Source of the DNA: Tubiluchus corallicola
Taxonomy: Eukaryota; Animalia; Priapulida
DNA: 43,438 nucleotides
Reading direction: 5' to 3'
Assembly: GCA_030141605.1 (NCBI GenBank)
Contig: JAQGDQ010001383.1
Coordinates: 1 to 43,438, forward strand
Part shown: piece by piece, positions 22,895 to 35,900 of the stretch
Numbering within the stretch: the stretch's first letter is position 1
Layout: each line of letters opens with the position of its first letter
The notes under the pieces: generated by a model
The model's input: only the letters and a program-made list of their open reading frames with translations
Databases searched by the model: none
What the model was told of the DNA's origin: nothing
Position numbers and translations under genes: made by a program

Positions 22895-23142
22895 TCTTGT
22901 GGTGGGGTGGTAAGGTGTGCGCGAAGTTGATGGAATGGTGTGGTGTGGGTGATGTGGTGTGGATAATCCGGTGCAGTGGTAGGGTGCTGGCGCAGTGTGG
23001 TGGGTGTTGTTTGTTAAGTGTTGTGTAGTGTTGTGGTATGGTGTGATGTTGTGTGTTGTGTAGTTGGTGTGCTATTGTAAGGGTGGTATGGTGTTGGTTG
23101 TTGTTGTTGTGAGTTTTTCGGAGGTATATATATATATATATA
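22895..23142. repeat. GT-rich simple repeat (TGTGG/TTG) ending in (TA)n
   Basis: Visible low-complexity tract just upstream of the Gypsy remnant. Confidence 0.75.
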
Positions 23143-23399
23143 CATATGGGATATAACCGACGAGGCTACAGCTCCGACGACAGCACCATTGTGTAAAGGC
23201 AATTAGTAAAACGGAGCTGATTAGTGCAATAAGGAGACCTCGTGCAAAATGGCGTAATTTTATAGCAGCTCGAAGCAGCTATTAAGAATTTAAATAGTGT
23301 TCTAATTACAAGAGATGTAGTTAGCAAGCAAGAAAATAGTGTTGAACGGTAACAGCAACCTACAGCAAGACGTCAGTTTAATAAGAGTGCTCATCACGA

Positions 23400-26100
23400 A
23401 AAGCCTCTTCAGTCTAATGTAGTTTGCGAGTTCCGCAAAAAGCCAGGCATACACCAGAAGCTTGCATGAAATGTGTGGATTAAGGGTTCATCTAGCACGA
23501 AAATGTTATACCTCGTGTAATGCATGCAAACAAAAGGGGCACATAGCTCGCAACTGTACTTTAGCTAAATCTCCAACAGCCTGAGAAATCTGATACAACT
23601 TCTGCAACTTTAAGCAGACGACTTAACGACGAAGATAATAGATTGGGTGTGAAATTGACTCTGTGTCAGAAAGAAATATTAGCTGTATTGGATGGAGGTT
23701 CGACGCGTTCTTTGATTAGTTTAAAAGCTTTACAGCAAGCTGGAATTAGTTTTGTGCCTACTTCCGTAAATGTGGTAGCGGCTGATCCAAGCATTAGTTT
23801 GAAAGTGCATGGCACTACTGTTATTACAATTCCTGTGTCTGATACAAGGAATGTCAAGCTTCGGTTCATTAGCAGATTACGATGATGCTATGATTTTAGG
23901 TATCGATTTCTTACGAGCAGCTAATGTTATCATTGATCATGGGCGAGGTGCTGTAACCGTAGAAGGAGAACCTGTGACAGCATATCGAAACGGAATACTA
24001 GTGCCCATTGTAACTTGCGGAGAAAATGTTGTTTTGCCTCCAGCATCTGAGACCATGATCTTATCAAAAAGTAGTCGACCGTTTGTAACTCGTTTCTAGA
24101 ACCAGCAGTTATGGGGATTCCAGGTTTGGCTCTAGCTCAAGCCTGTGTTAATCCAGATTCCGAGAATATTCCAGTACGATTGATGAATTTCACAAAACAC
24201 CCTGTTGTGTTGCTGTCGGCTTCCGTGCTGGGAAGATTGCAGTCTGGTGACTGTGAGGATAGTTGCTAATGCTGTGACTGTTGAGTCTATGCAGGAAAAT
24301 AAAGCTTCAGTAGAGGAAGCAGGTGATTTGAAGCAAATCAAGGAGATTGATTTATCCAATCTAAATAAAAAGCAGAAGCAGAAATTGCAAGATCTGTTGA
24401 TCGAGTACAAAGATGTCTTCTCTATGCATGGTGAGCTAGGATGAGTGCATAGTGTTGAGCATGCAATTAAGGTAACAGGACCGCCTATAAAGCAAAAGCC
24501 GAATTGCGTGCCTGTTCATTTAAAAACAGGAAGTCGGTGAACAGCTTAAGGAGATGCTAAAGCAGCAGGTGATAGAAGAAACCGAGTCACCATGGGCAAG
24601 TCCGATAGTCCTTGTCCGTAAGCACCATGATGGAAAATATAGATTCTGCGTAGATTACAGACGTTTGAATGCTGTTACACATAAAAGTTCGTTTCCACTT
24701 CCAAGGATTGATCAGCTACTCAATAGTGTAGGAAACGCAGCTTGGTTTACAACACTGGACCAGGCAGCAGATTCCTTTAAAACTGGATGCCAAGGAGAAA
24801 ACAGCTTTTGTAACAGAAGCTGGACAGTTTCAGTTTTGAGTACTCCCTTTTGGGTTATGTGATGCACCTTGTACCTTTCAAAGATTAACGACTTTAATCT
24901 TTAAAGGTTTACAGTGGAAAACTGCTCTTATTTATTTAGATGATGTATTAATTTTTAGTGATACTTTTAAGGAGCACTTAGTACACTTAGGCGAAGTTTT
25001 TGAACGTATCAGGCATTTTGGTCTGAAACTAAAGCTAGAGAAATGGCACATTGCAAAAAATGAAGTAACATTTTTAGGTCACAGGGTTACATCCTGTGGC
25101 GTATTTCCTGAACACAGTAAAACTGAAGTAATACAAGCATGGAAGTGTCCCACTAATGTTAAAGGAATCAGACAGTTTGTTGGGTTTTGTAGTTATTTCA
25201 GACACTTCATTCCCAATTTTGCAACCATAGTTGCACCTCTAACTAAGCTTACACGAAAAGATGTACCATTCATATGGTCAGAGGATTGTAATCTAGCATT
25301 TAATTGTTTAAAGGCGAAACTGATATGTGAACCTGTTTTAAGAGACCCAGATCCAGAAGTGGCATTCGTTTAACCACGGATGGTAATGGTGTAGGTTGGG
25401 TTTGTGTTCTGAGCCAGTTTGACAAAAATTTCCATGAGTATGTGATCTCGTATGCCTCTGGTTTGTTTAGTTCAGCGGAATTGAATTATACGACTACATA
25501 AAAAGAGTTGTTGGCTGTTATTAGAAGTATGGAAAAATTCATTTTGATTACAGACCATCAAGCTTTGAAATGGCTCCACACATTGAAAGATCCTAAAGGT
25601 AAACTAGCAAGGTGGATTATGTTTTTAGCTGATTACAATTTTGAAATTGTACATAAGCCAGGGAAAGATATCCCACAAGCATATCCCACAAGTCAAGTAT
25701 GCGTAGAGTAGCTAGGAGAGCAAAAGCTAAACAAGCAGACAGCACAGATGGAGAGCTAGCATTAGCCACTGAGCAGAATGAGAATTGTAGGTGGCTAAGA
25801 GATTACTTGCAAGGCAAAGTAGATTTAGCAGAGCAGCCAGCAGATGAAGAAATAGAGTTTTACTTGCAAGAAAAGCATAACCTAAGCGAGATAGCTAGAC
25901 AAACTAGTGAAGAAAAGCAGCCACAGTTTTTAGTTCCAGCAGAGCTTAGGAATAAGATATTTCAGCTAGCACATGAAGCACCCATTTCAGGACATTTGGG
26001 TATAGCAAAAACTGTGCAGAAAAACTCTCCTAGATTTTATTTTTTCAATTTGAAGATCAAATTGAGGTCAAAAGATCTCATAATGCTTATAATGATTGTG
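23400..26100 (+). mobile_element. Degenerate Ty3/Gypsy LTR retrotransposon gag-pol, truncated in the integrase; no LTRs recognised at its ends
   Basis: In order: CCHC knuckle CNACKQKGHIARNC (about 23516), protease AVLDGGSTRS and ILGIDFL, RT SPWASPIVLV..RFCVDYRRLN and YLDD (24933-24944), RNase H (VLSQ, NYTTT*KELLAV, TDHQALKWL, LARW), integrase Zn motif AHEAPISGHLGIAKT. Many stops and frameshifts. Confidence 0.93.
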
Positions 26101-26779
26101 CTTATAATCCTATTAGTCTTATCAACACATTTCCAAGCTGGTTATATTATTACAAGCTTTACTTCAAAGAGAAAAAATAATGGCATATCTGACAGTACGA
26201 TAGATTATAGGCTGTGATTTTCAAGGTTAAGGAAAAATAAAACTGGGCAGCAAATGGATTTCCGACTTTTGTACGCAGCGCATCGGTATGTAGAAAATCA
26301 AATTGTTTTGCGTCTCTTGTACAAAATTAGAGATCACGGATCAGTTACATATAAAAGAATGAAGTACTTTTGTTTTAAACAGTTTAAATTTTCTCATAAA
26401 CAGCCTGATAATAAACTTCTGGTATCTTTTACATTAAGAATGTTACTCTCAATCTGGCGGGGGGGGGGGGGTTACGCTCTCCAATTCTGCTGATGTATAA
26501 TATTAAATAACGTTGCTGGTTCGAATCCATCTTCAGATATTTTTGCAGATTCGGTTGACAGTAATAAATAACAGAACCCACACGTAAAACCTGTAAACAG
26601 TTATCATTATAATAATAATTACAGGCTACAACCCCTGTCCTCACAGTCCCAAGTTATGTTAGCAGGCCAAATACAAAAGTGTGAAATAAAAATGTTTTAC
26701 AAATAAATTAGGATTGAAATATCAAGTAAATCACTAAAGACTTTGTTCTCAGTTGTTCTAATTTAATCATCAGTAGCTT

Positions 26780-26944
26780 CTATTTCTTCTGTCCTGGGTC
26801 GTTTTCGTGTTGCGACTTATTACTACCAATTGAAGCTGCAAATGACTCCAGTAAGGTGCTGTTGTAAATTTCTCTATGTCGAGCGTAATTCTCTAGTCTG
26901 GAAAGTTCCTTGACAACACATTCCTTTGGTTCACACAACGGCAA
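26780..26944 (-). CDS. GT8 gene 2 terminal exon (LPLCEPKECVVKELSRL...PGQKK*)
   Basis: Acceptor TGTGTTTCAG, phase 0, TAG at 26782-26780, ATTAAA at 26767-26762. Aligns with LDIDDTKNSVLKKLEYL of the paralog. Confidence 0.7.
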   Translation of the reverse strand: MPLCEPKECVVKELSRLENYARHREIYNSTLLESFAASIGSNKSQHENDPGQKK

Positions 26945-29900
26945 CTGAAACACACATAAAATTTGACTTTAAAAACCTGTCGTAAAACTTTCTCGCCGAA
27001 CTGTAAATTTTGATACGTCTAGTTACGCCGTGTCTCCCACGTTCATTTTCCCCAGTTGCTGTACACGGAAAAATACTATCATGAACGTGCTGTTGAACGT
27101 GAACCAGCGTTGAACCAGTAACATGTTCTAGTTAGGCAACTTTGGATACTTTATACCTGGCATTTTCAAACTTTTCTAGTGCAAGGGTTTGTTCTATTTT
27201 TACACTCTTTGATGATTAATTTAATTAGAAAAATCAATTTCAATTGTTTAATAATAATGATTTGTCATTGTGGTGATGACGATGGCGATGATGGTGATGA
27301 TAACGATGACAACAACATGTGACAGTTATTTAACGTGCACAAAAAACAACATCAAAATAAGGTTAGAAATAATCTTGAAAATTGTTTGAGATGAAACTTC
27401 ATTTTCGTAAAGATCAATGAATAATTGAAAGATTCGTGGGCAGTTTGTGCATTGATGTGCTTCTGTACGGTAATGTTTGCAAGGCAAGACATGGTATTTG
27501 CACCAAATGAATTTGCACCACATGGTTTTCTGCGCCACTTAGTGCTTGCGTCACATGGCGTTTGCACTGTTTGGCGTTTGCAGCACTGCTTGGTGTTTGC
27601 ATTGCTTGCCGCTTGCACTGCTTGGTGTTTGAAGTGCTTTGGTGTTTGAAAGTGCTTAGTGTTTTTGCTCCACGTGGTGTTTGCATTGCTTGCCACTTGC
27701 ACTGCTTGGTGTTTGAAGTGCTTGGTGTTTGAAGTGCTTAGTGTTTTTGCTCCACGTGGTGTTTGCATTGCTTGCCACTTGCACTGCTTGGTGTTTGAAG
27801 TGCTTTGGTGTTTGAAGTGCTTAGTGTTTTTGCTCCACGTGGTGTTTGCATTGCTTGCCACTTGCACTGCTTGGTGTTTGAAGTGCTTTGGTGTTTGCAC
27901 TGCACCGTGGCTTCATCTCAAAGCATACGTATCTATTTTTAAACTTGAAGAAAGAAAATTTTATAATATTTCAACAGTTCTGGTTTTTTATTTAACGAAA
28001 AAATTAATTTCACGATAAATTAACAAACGATATTAATAATCTATTATTCGGAGTTGATTTAACATGGACAAATGCCAGACCTCATATGGTACCCAAATAA
28101 TAATACTGCCGTAGTATTGCTCTCCACAGGAATAGTTTCCGTTAGCTCCAACTTGTTATTAAACAATGCATCTCTTTCAAATGACATGTACAGGATCAGT
28201 ATTAATGAGTCACGAGATATGTTACAAATCAGAAGTTTTGTCGATTATCACAAACTGTTTTTCCTTCGAGCAACTACCGTTTGCGTTTAATAGATAAATT
28301 AATCCGCTTGGAGGGATACAAACTTTCAGTTTTTCCACTTTTGTGCTATTTTGCTTATATAGTGTAATACAGAGATGAGCGATAGCTGGACACGAATATG
28401 CTACACAAATTTCACAGTGAGGAGGCACAGCAAAATTCTTCATGCAGCTCATCATGAGTATTCTGCCTCCAGCTAGAAGCTATGCGTCCTCCTTTTGAAT
28501 AATTTTCCTTCATGGTAGAAATACTGCATGTTCCATTTTCGTGAGGAAGTCTCGCAAACTTCAGTTTTCTTATTTAACGAACAAGAGTTAACACATTCCT
28601 GTATAAAATTCTTAGATTTAATCTCTCTTTTATCAGACTGGCGACTTTATTACTGTTTAACATCGATGACTATATTGGTAAAAAACATGACGAATGCATA
28701 ATTTATTTTTATCTTATGCATATTTTCTGATTTTGAAGTGGTTAGTAGAACTTCACTAAAAAAACAATACAGGGTCTCTGAATCCCACGGAGCAAGAAAA
28801 TTCATTTCACAGTGAAACTGCCGGGTTCTGCAGGTGGCTGCAGCTACTTTACCGCCGTTGTCCTTGCCACATTGTAACGATTATGAGCCTTAAGTAACTC
28901 GTTACACATTAAACAACTCAATAGTTATGTTAAATTTAAGAATGGTTTATTACAGTTGAATGTAAAATACAAATTCGAGTTTTAAGATAAGTACACGCTT
29001 TGTCCTTATGCGCTGATGGGCGCTTACAATTAAGGTTCGAATCCAAAGAAATACTACCAAACATAAACTATTACTCAAGTTGTAATGTTGGCACTTACGG
29101 TGCTTAAGTTACACTGCAATTACAATTCACAAAACTGTTACTGTTACAGTTATAGCTACAGTTGCAGCATCAGAAAATAAAGTAATTCTACTTAACTTGA
29201 GGACTGACCAACCTAACAATCGTTATTGGCCAGACCCTGATTCCTTCACGAGACTTCTCAGCATCAGCCGAAGCAAATGACGCAGTAGTATTACCACGCT
29301 GAGCTAAAGAATACGTATGGTTACAGATCGTCTCGTCGTAGAATACAAAAACGGCAACTCACCACTCACTCTGATCCTGTGCTCGTGTGTGCATGAACTC
29401 TGAACTTTCACTCAGCTTACAAAGCGAAAGACCTTAGACAGTGAATAATGCTTGATAGGCTAGATTAACAATCAGTAATGACTGGTACTGACCCTTAACA
29501 AAGTAACTTCCTGACTTGTTCATCAACAAAATGCAAGAGTGAAACACTAGATCTTAGAGTTTACTACACAATATAGTGTTAGCTATGCTTTTGTATTTAG
29601 TATTGGTTGACAAGGTTAATTAAGAGCATATTGGCAGCAGTATGTAATAGTGTGGACGGAGGTTTGTTAACAACCTTGTTATAGTGTCAAAATTTGTGCA
29701 ATTGCAAGTAGCTCCTTAGTTTGTTTGCGGCAGTTAGAATAGTAACTGTAGCATTGAGTAATTGTGCTTAACTTGTACAAATTGCCTTTTTAAGGATTTA
29801 TAAGTTCGGGAGAATGCAAAGGCAATTAGTAACTGCCAGCATTGCTATTATAGTTGGCATTGCAGTTACTCAATTTGGCGCGTGGCAGCGTTTTGTAACC

Positions 29901-32900
29901 TGTTTTACTTTATGAAGTTATATGTTAATAAACTTACCGCAAAGTTAAGTAAATTGAATTGGTGCTTTCTTCGGCAAGTACTTATTCTGAATGCCAATGA
30001 TCAACTTTTGTTGATCAACTAAAAATTATTTACATAAACTAATAAAGTGTTGTCTTTATTTTGCTACTGAGAACATCAGCATTTTTGGCGCTGATAATTC
30101 TGCCGATAAATTTTTGATGCTCGGCAATGTTCAATTGTATATTAGAGCACTATTAGTGCGTCTGAGAAGTACTTTAGGCCATTATTATACGTGCAGATTG
30201 AAAGATAGTACTTACCAAACTCAGCTAACGTATATTCAAGTTAATGCTTTGATGAGAAATTTGTGCTGATGATACGAAATCTTACTTGATTAACATCTAC
30301 TGCGCAAAATTTTACCTCTGCTCTTTCTGTAAATTTTGATAGACATGTGCAGTAATTTAGAGCTGCTTACGGTAACGGCATTAGCAATTTTTCTCTCAGG
30401 CTTTACTATGTTGCATAATTAACGCGTTGATATTACTAGTTTTTATTGCTTGACTGTTTGCGCGAGTGTGTGCCGTAGAATATTGTGATCGAATAAGATT
30501 CAAAATGAACTGCATTGTAAGAAATGGAAAGGTCTTGTGGCCACAGGCTTTGACATTAAATAGGCTCAGGCCTTGTCATTAAGTATTCAATAGGGTTTGT
30601 CAAGTGCCAGCCTGCATAAAAATAATACAACAATAAGCCGTTTTCCCAACGATTGACGATGATTGTGAAAGGTCAAAGATATAGTGTATCAGACAACGTA
30701 TTCGCGTACTTGACAATGCGTCTACAATGTGCATGTCTGCGTCCCTAAATAGATTAGTGTAGTAGCTTATGTCGTGTGAGTGTGGTGTTTGTTCAGTTAG
30801 TCTGTCAGTTGGTCTGTCAGCCCAGTTGCAGAGTTTGGAAAGGCAATAGAAACCACAATCGTTTTTGGCCCTTCTATGCTGTGCATATCACAATATGTAT
30901 TCTAGCTTCTGCTCAAATGTGGATTAATATTAGTATGAAAAAGGTCTTTTCTATAGCCTGTAAATGATAATGACCTTTAGCCAAGGTTAGTAAGTACTGC
31001 GGGAGGTCCAGTTTAATCGCTTGTAATAACAGCTGTAGGAAGCCAGCGTATACCTATGCCTACGACTACACTCGCAGGTATCAAAAAGAGGTCAGCAACT
31101 TTACTTCAGGTACGGCACGTAGACTGATATGACGTGCAAGTAGTATTGTCCACGTAGTCAGTTATAACGTATGGTGACTTTGTCCATGAGGTCTGAAACC
31201 TTTGGGCAACTGAGTGGGCAGATGTTTTTGGTTTTAGAGATTTCCACAAAGTTTGGTGACTTGATTTGATCTGCAGTGCTATTGGTGTACCGACAAACCA
31301 TTGAGAGGCGAATCCATGTTTGAGGTGACGACCCAGAGACTGTAAGTTGCACGATTTAGTATTTGCTTATCTGATGCTAGCAGTTGCGTGGAAGCTGGAA
31401 TTAACCTTCTAGCTGTTCAAGAAACGTGTGATGACATAAACAGACACTGACCTGCAACCTCATCATAGAGGCGCCCTACGTTAGACTTTGTAGGCCTAAG
31501 TGAGATAATGCCGGTTGATCATCCTACCACTAGCGAGGACTACATCATTTGGGGTGGCGTGTAGTTAAGCACATGGGTACCCCTTTTTAGTTGGGTTTAG
31601 CTGTTGTGCATTATTTGCCAATTTATTTGTTAGTTTATTGACTTGATACAGTAAGTCCCAGTCTTAAAGCGTTTTGTTTATTTTGTGAACATGGTAAAAG
31701 GTAACCATATTTAGCTATTTCAAAAGTAGTTAAAATAGTGTTAGACTAATGATAGTATTTTTTCTACATTTTTTGTTATTGCTTAATTAATTATTTCTAC
31801 AATATTTTAAGCAATTGATTGTTTGTGTTGTGCATTAGTTGCCTACGCATCGTCATTTGCATTATCACAATGAGTGCAACAGGTTACTCCACATCCTGAG
31901 CCACTTTGCTCAATAAACAGACAGACAACACCACCCCCCCCCACCCGTACACTGCCTATAAGCTTTCCACTGACTGGAGCTGACAGGTAGATGATTGGTC
32001 CCCATTTTCTTTAGCTCGGTCAGGCCAGTCAAATTGTTACCCAGACAATCTTCGATCAAACAACCTACACTTAGTCTTCAGATCGTTACAGCGTCGCAGC
32101 CCATTTTATTGTAATTGTAACAGTTTTAACAGCTAGTTAGAATCTTACCTACATATTGTTCATTTTCTTGTTCCCCCCATGCGAGATCCTGCTAATAAAT
32201 CGTATGCGCACAGAAAAATGAATAGTTAATTAAAAGCCACGTAAAACAGTTAAAGTTACTGAATTAATACGGCTGACGACTTTGCTTCACCTTATTGTTT
32301 GTGCAGGACACGTGATGGTTGTAGTTAAAACGTGTTACTCTTGTATGATTAACAATTATTAGGGTTGTTATGGCTTCTTGTATTTATGAGCTCTCACTTA
32401 AGAAAATTATCGGCCAACATTCTGCTTGGTAAATCAGATTTGAAATTGAAGACAGACTGGGCCAGTTAGAAAATTGTATAAAAATTTCTTTTAAATTTAT
32501 TTGCTTACATTGTTGTATAGATGATAGATCCTTTTCACCAACAGGAACTCTGGAAAATCTGAAGACTTCCTGTAAAAATGCCTTGATGTACCATGCAGAA
32601 TACCAAGTCCATTTACTTTTGCAGATCCACAAATTTGTTTCTGTCGAATAATGTCCATTCCGATGTTCCATTCACAAGGCAGGACAAACATTCTGTCTGC
32701 AAATAATTTTTTGTTTAATTTTGTGTTTTTCTTCACAATGACTACAATGCAAAAATTTTATTTTAAAGAGAAAAAAGTTAATTATGTTAGAAACTTTACA
32801 TTTTAAATCTGTAATAATATCTGAAAACGTTAGAGAAAGTAGTAAAGTGTACAATTTCCAAGTAAAGATTGTAGAAAAAAATAAAATTTGTTATTCTGAG

Positions 32901-35900
32901 TTTGGCTAGAAACTATTCTGTTAAACTTTTCACCTAATGCATTTTATGGAAGCGCTGTCTGAAGTAGAAAGTATAAAAATATTTTTGGTTTTAGGATAAC
33001 AGCATAAGCAATTGCACGCACTTGAGATTTGGCATTAGCAGTTTATTTTTTTCTGCTGTAGAGATCAATTTTCCCTATAGAAATATATCTTTAAGAATCT
33101 GAAAAATAATCCACTTGCTAAACTTGTTTGCAGAAATACAAACGAAAGGAATACAAAGAAAACCGTTAATTAGAATTAGAATTAGAATTAATTATTTAAT
33201 TAGAAGTTTGTAAAATTTATTCCCCCTGTCCAATTCGTACATTTTACCTGATGTATTTCGTGCAAACTGCGGCCCTGCACTCCAAGGCCAAAATTAAAGA
33301 AAAATTTTTCATTTGACATTCAAAGAGGTAACGATTTTTTTAACCTTCGGCCTTCATAATTAATATCATTTTATTTCATGTTTTAATGATTTCTTGACCA
33401 ATCTTAATTAAAATATATTTCTCGTCAATTTATTTTTGGTTCTAACTTGGAGTTATATATTTATCTAATTTGTATATACAAGTATAGTCGTTAAGACACC
33501 ATTTTTTCTTTCTATGACGTTGACTAAAAGTTTATCTTAAAATGCGGATTGTGTGAAGTAACTGCGTTGTTTGAACTTTTGCCTACCAGAAGAAGTTTGC
33601 TAAGATTTATAACACTTAACTCACAGAAATGTTGACTCTACTATTATTAATGTGTTTTTGTATGAAGTGTTTTCTGTGCTAAACGAAAATAAGTTCTTTC
33701 TGCACTTAGAGAATGTGGTCTGACCATAAAATTTTTAAAAAGTAATGTGGATAAATATTTGTACATTATTTTTCCTTTTTTCAAAGAATATGCTACAAAG
33801 AGGTGGACTGAAACACCATCCCCTTCTTTCCTTTATTCCTGTAAAAAGCAATTCAGACACAAAACGATATTAATTTATTTTACCAAAATGTTTACTCCCG
33901 TAAGCATTCAAAATGCACTGATCTCCCGTTATAGCATCTTTGTAATGTCTGGTCAACAGATCTAAAATTTTGGAAGCAAAGTCAACATCACGCATCTTCT
34001 TCAGATCCATTAGCAGCACTCCAGCATTAAAACCTGAATACAAGATAAAAGCAATGTTTGATGAATTGCAAAGTCACATCGCTAGCTTTAGTGAATCACC
34101 TGTGGTTAATTAATAATTGTTGTCGTTTTGCTGTTCGTTCTCAATATTGTGTCATTCACGTTCCCAGATGCAGAATGTCTTATTGCATATCAAATTTCTT
34201 CCCTCTGCCAATTCTGATTTATTCAATTGATCTGATCTAAATGTACAATTGTATTGACACAATAAACTCGTTACAATTAAATATCATTAGCCTGCGTTTT
34301 AGAAATGGAGGAAGCCACCAGGCATGAATTTGACAGTTGTCCACGCTAATTAGTCACTTCTAATGTGTTAGGGATAGGGTCAAAAGTATTAAAATCAAAA
34401 ATTAGTAGTCTAAATGAAAAAGAACATCAGTTGTTTTGACAATCTTTGACACTATTCCACATATCGATCACTCTGTTTGTAAAAGAATATTTAGAAGCAT
34501 CAGTATTTAAAACACCATGGCAAATTTCTAACAAAAAATTATCTGCGGAATTCTTTATTGGAAAACTATAATGTAACCTCAGTGTTTTAAGAATACTGCT
34601 TAAGTGTTGTTGTAGAAAAAAGAAAACTTTTCAGGAACTTAAACAGTGGAAGTGTTTGGAAAATCTAGTTTCTTCTCATCTATCTATAATCTAGATCAAC
34701 TTCGTGAAATATATGCTTTATCTACTTTAGTAAAGGAAAGTAAAATCTTACTTGGAATTCATACTTGTCAAGGTGGAGGTCAAGTGAATTTTGTCAACAA
34801 AAATAGCCTGTCATTTTTTATGGCTTAAGTAGCCGATTATTTGAGCAATTGCTAGCAATGTATAGTTGTAATCTGTCATTTATGAAACATTAGGTGTTAA
34901 TTTGATAATCGCAGAAATTTTGTAAGCTCATTGGCTAAAAAAATTTTGAACAAAAATAATCAATAAATTTACCTGATATCCCAAAAAGATTGCCTTTCAT
35001 TCTGCTAATTTTGTATAAAGTGCCAGGCTTGCCATTATTTTCCATTACAACTCCCAACATCTGATTTTTGTTCATTTTGTCAAAATAAGACCACAACTGC
35101 TCGAGGGGTCTTGCAATAATGATATCTACATCCACGTATAATGCCTTGTCAATGGTTAGTAAAATATCCTGTAATATGCATTAAAAATAGTTTTTAATAA
35201 AGCCTCAGGTTTTTTACCACCTGTTGTTGATGTACACACACCCTGGAAAGATAAGAAAGATTAGACTAGAATGATATACAATCATCGGGGACAGTGTACA
35301 TATACTTTGCTAGTCTGCAAATGTGCTTTTACTATAACTACATAAAATAATAAAATTTACTATAGATAAGCCTGCCTTCAGTTACCTCAATAAAAACGAT
35401 ATTATTAGTAACCGGTTACGATTGCAACTGTTATAAAATCTCTAAGAGAACCAAATATCTCAAAATGGTTATTCCTGCTTGATATCTGGCAAATGACTAT
35501 AGCCCATGCCAACTCACACATTACTAAAGATAGACTTCGTTGCAATTACTCCAAGACATTCTAATGAGTTTTGTGATAGTCATTATTGTGTATTTTGACT
35601 TTGGAACAGGAAGCATGAATTATTTCCAAAGAAATTTGCATCAGATTTTGCCGATTAATTAGAATGATGCAATACCAGTTATAAGTGGATTCAACGAACC
35701 ATTTGCTCCACCTTTACCGATGGGCTAATAGATATCGATGCTTACCCACAATCTAGTTATGTGTTAATTGTTAAAATATCTTATACAAAATTTAATTGGC
35801 GTGAATTTCTCGATGAGTTTATAACAAACATTTAGTTAAATTCTTTAGCATGTTTAGCCTAAACACAAGACCAAACAACAAGGAAAATGTCTTCATACTT

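Noticed and set aside
27326-28018. Several long overlapping ORFs on both strands
   Set aside because: They are by-products of a stop-poor tandem repeat within an intron.
28873-32090. One 3.2-kb element bounded by the perfect 9-bp inverted repeat TGTAACGAT/ATCGTTACA
   Set aside because: There is no target-site duplication (CACAT versus GCGTC) and similarity stops after 9 bp. Two unrelated LTR ends explain it better.
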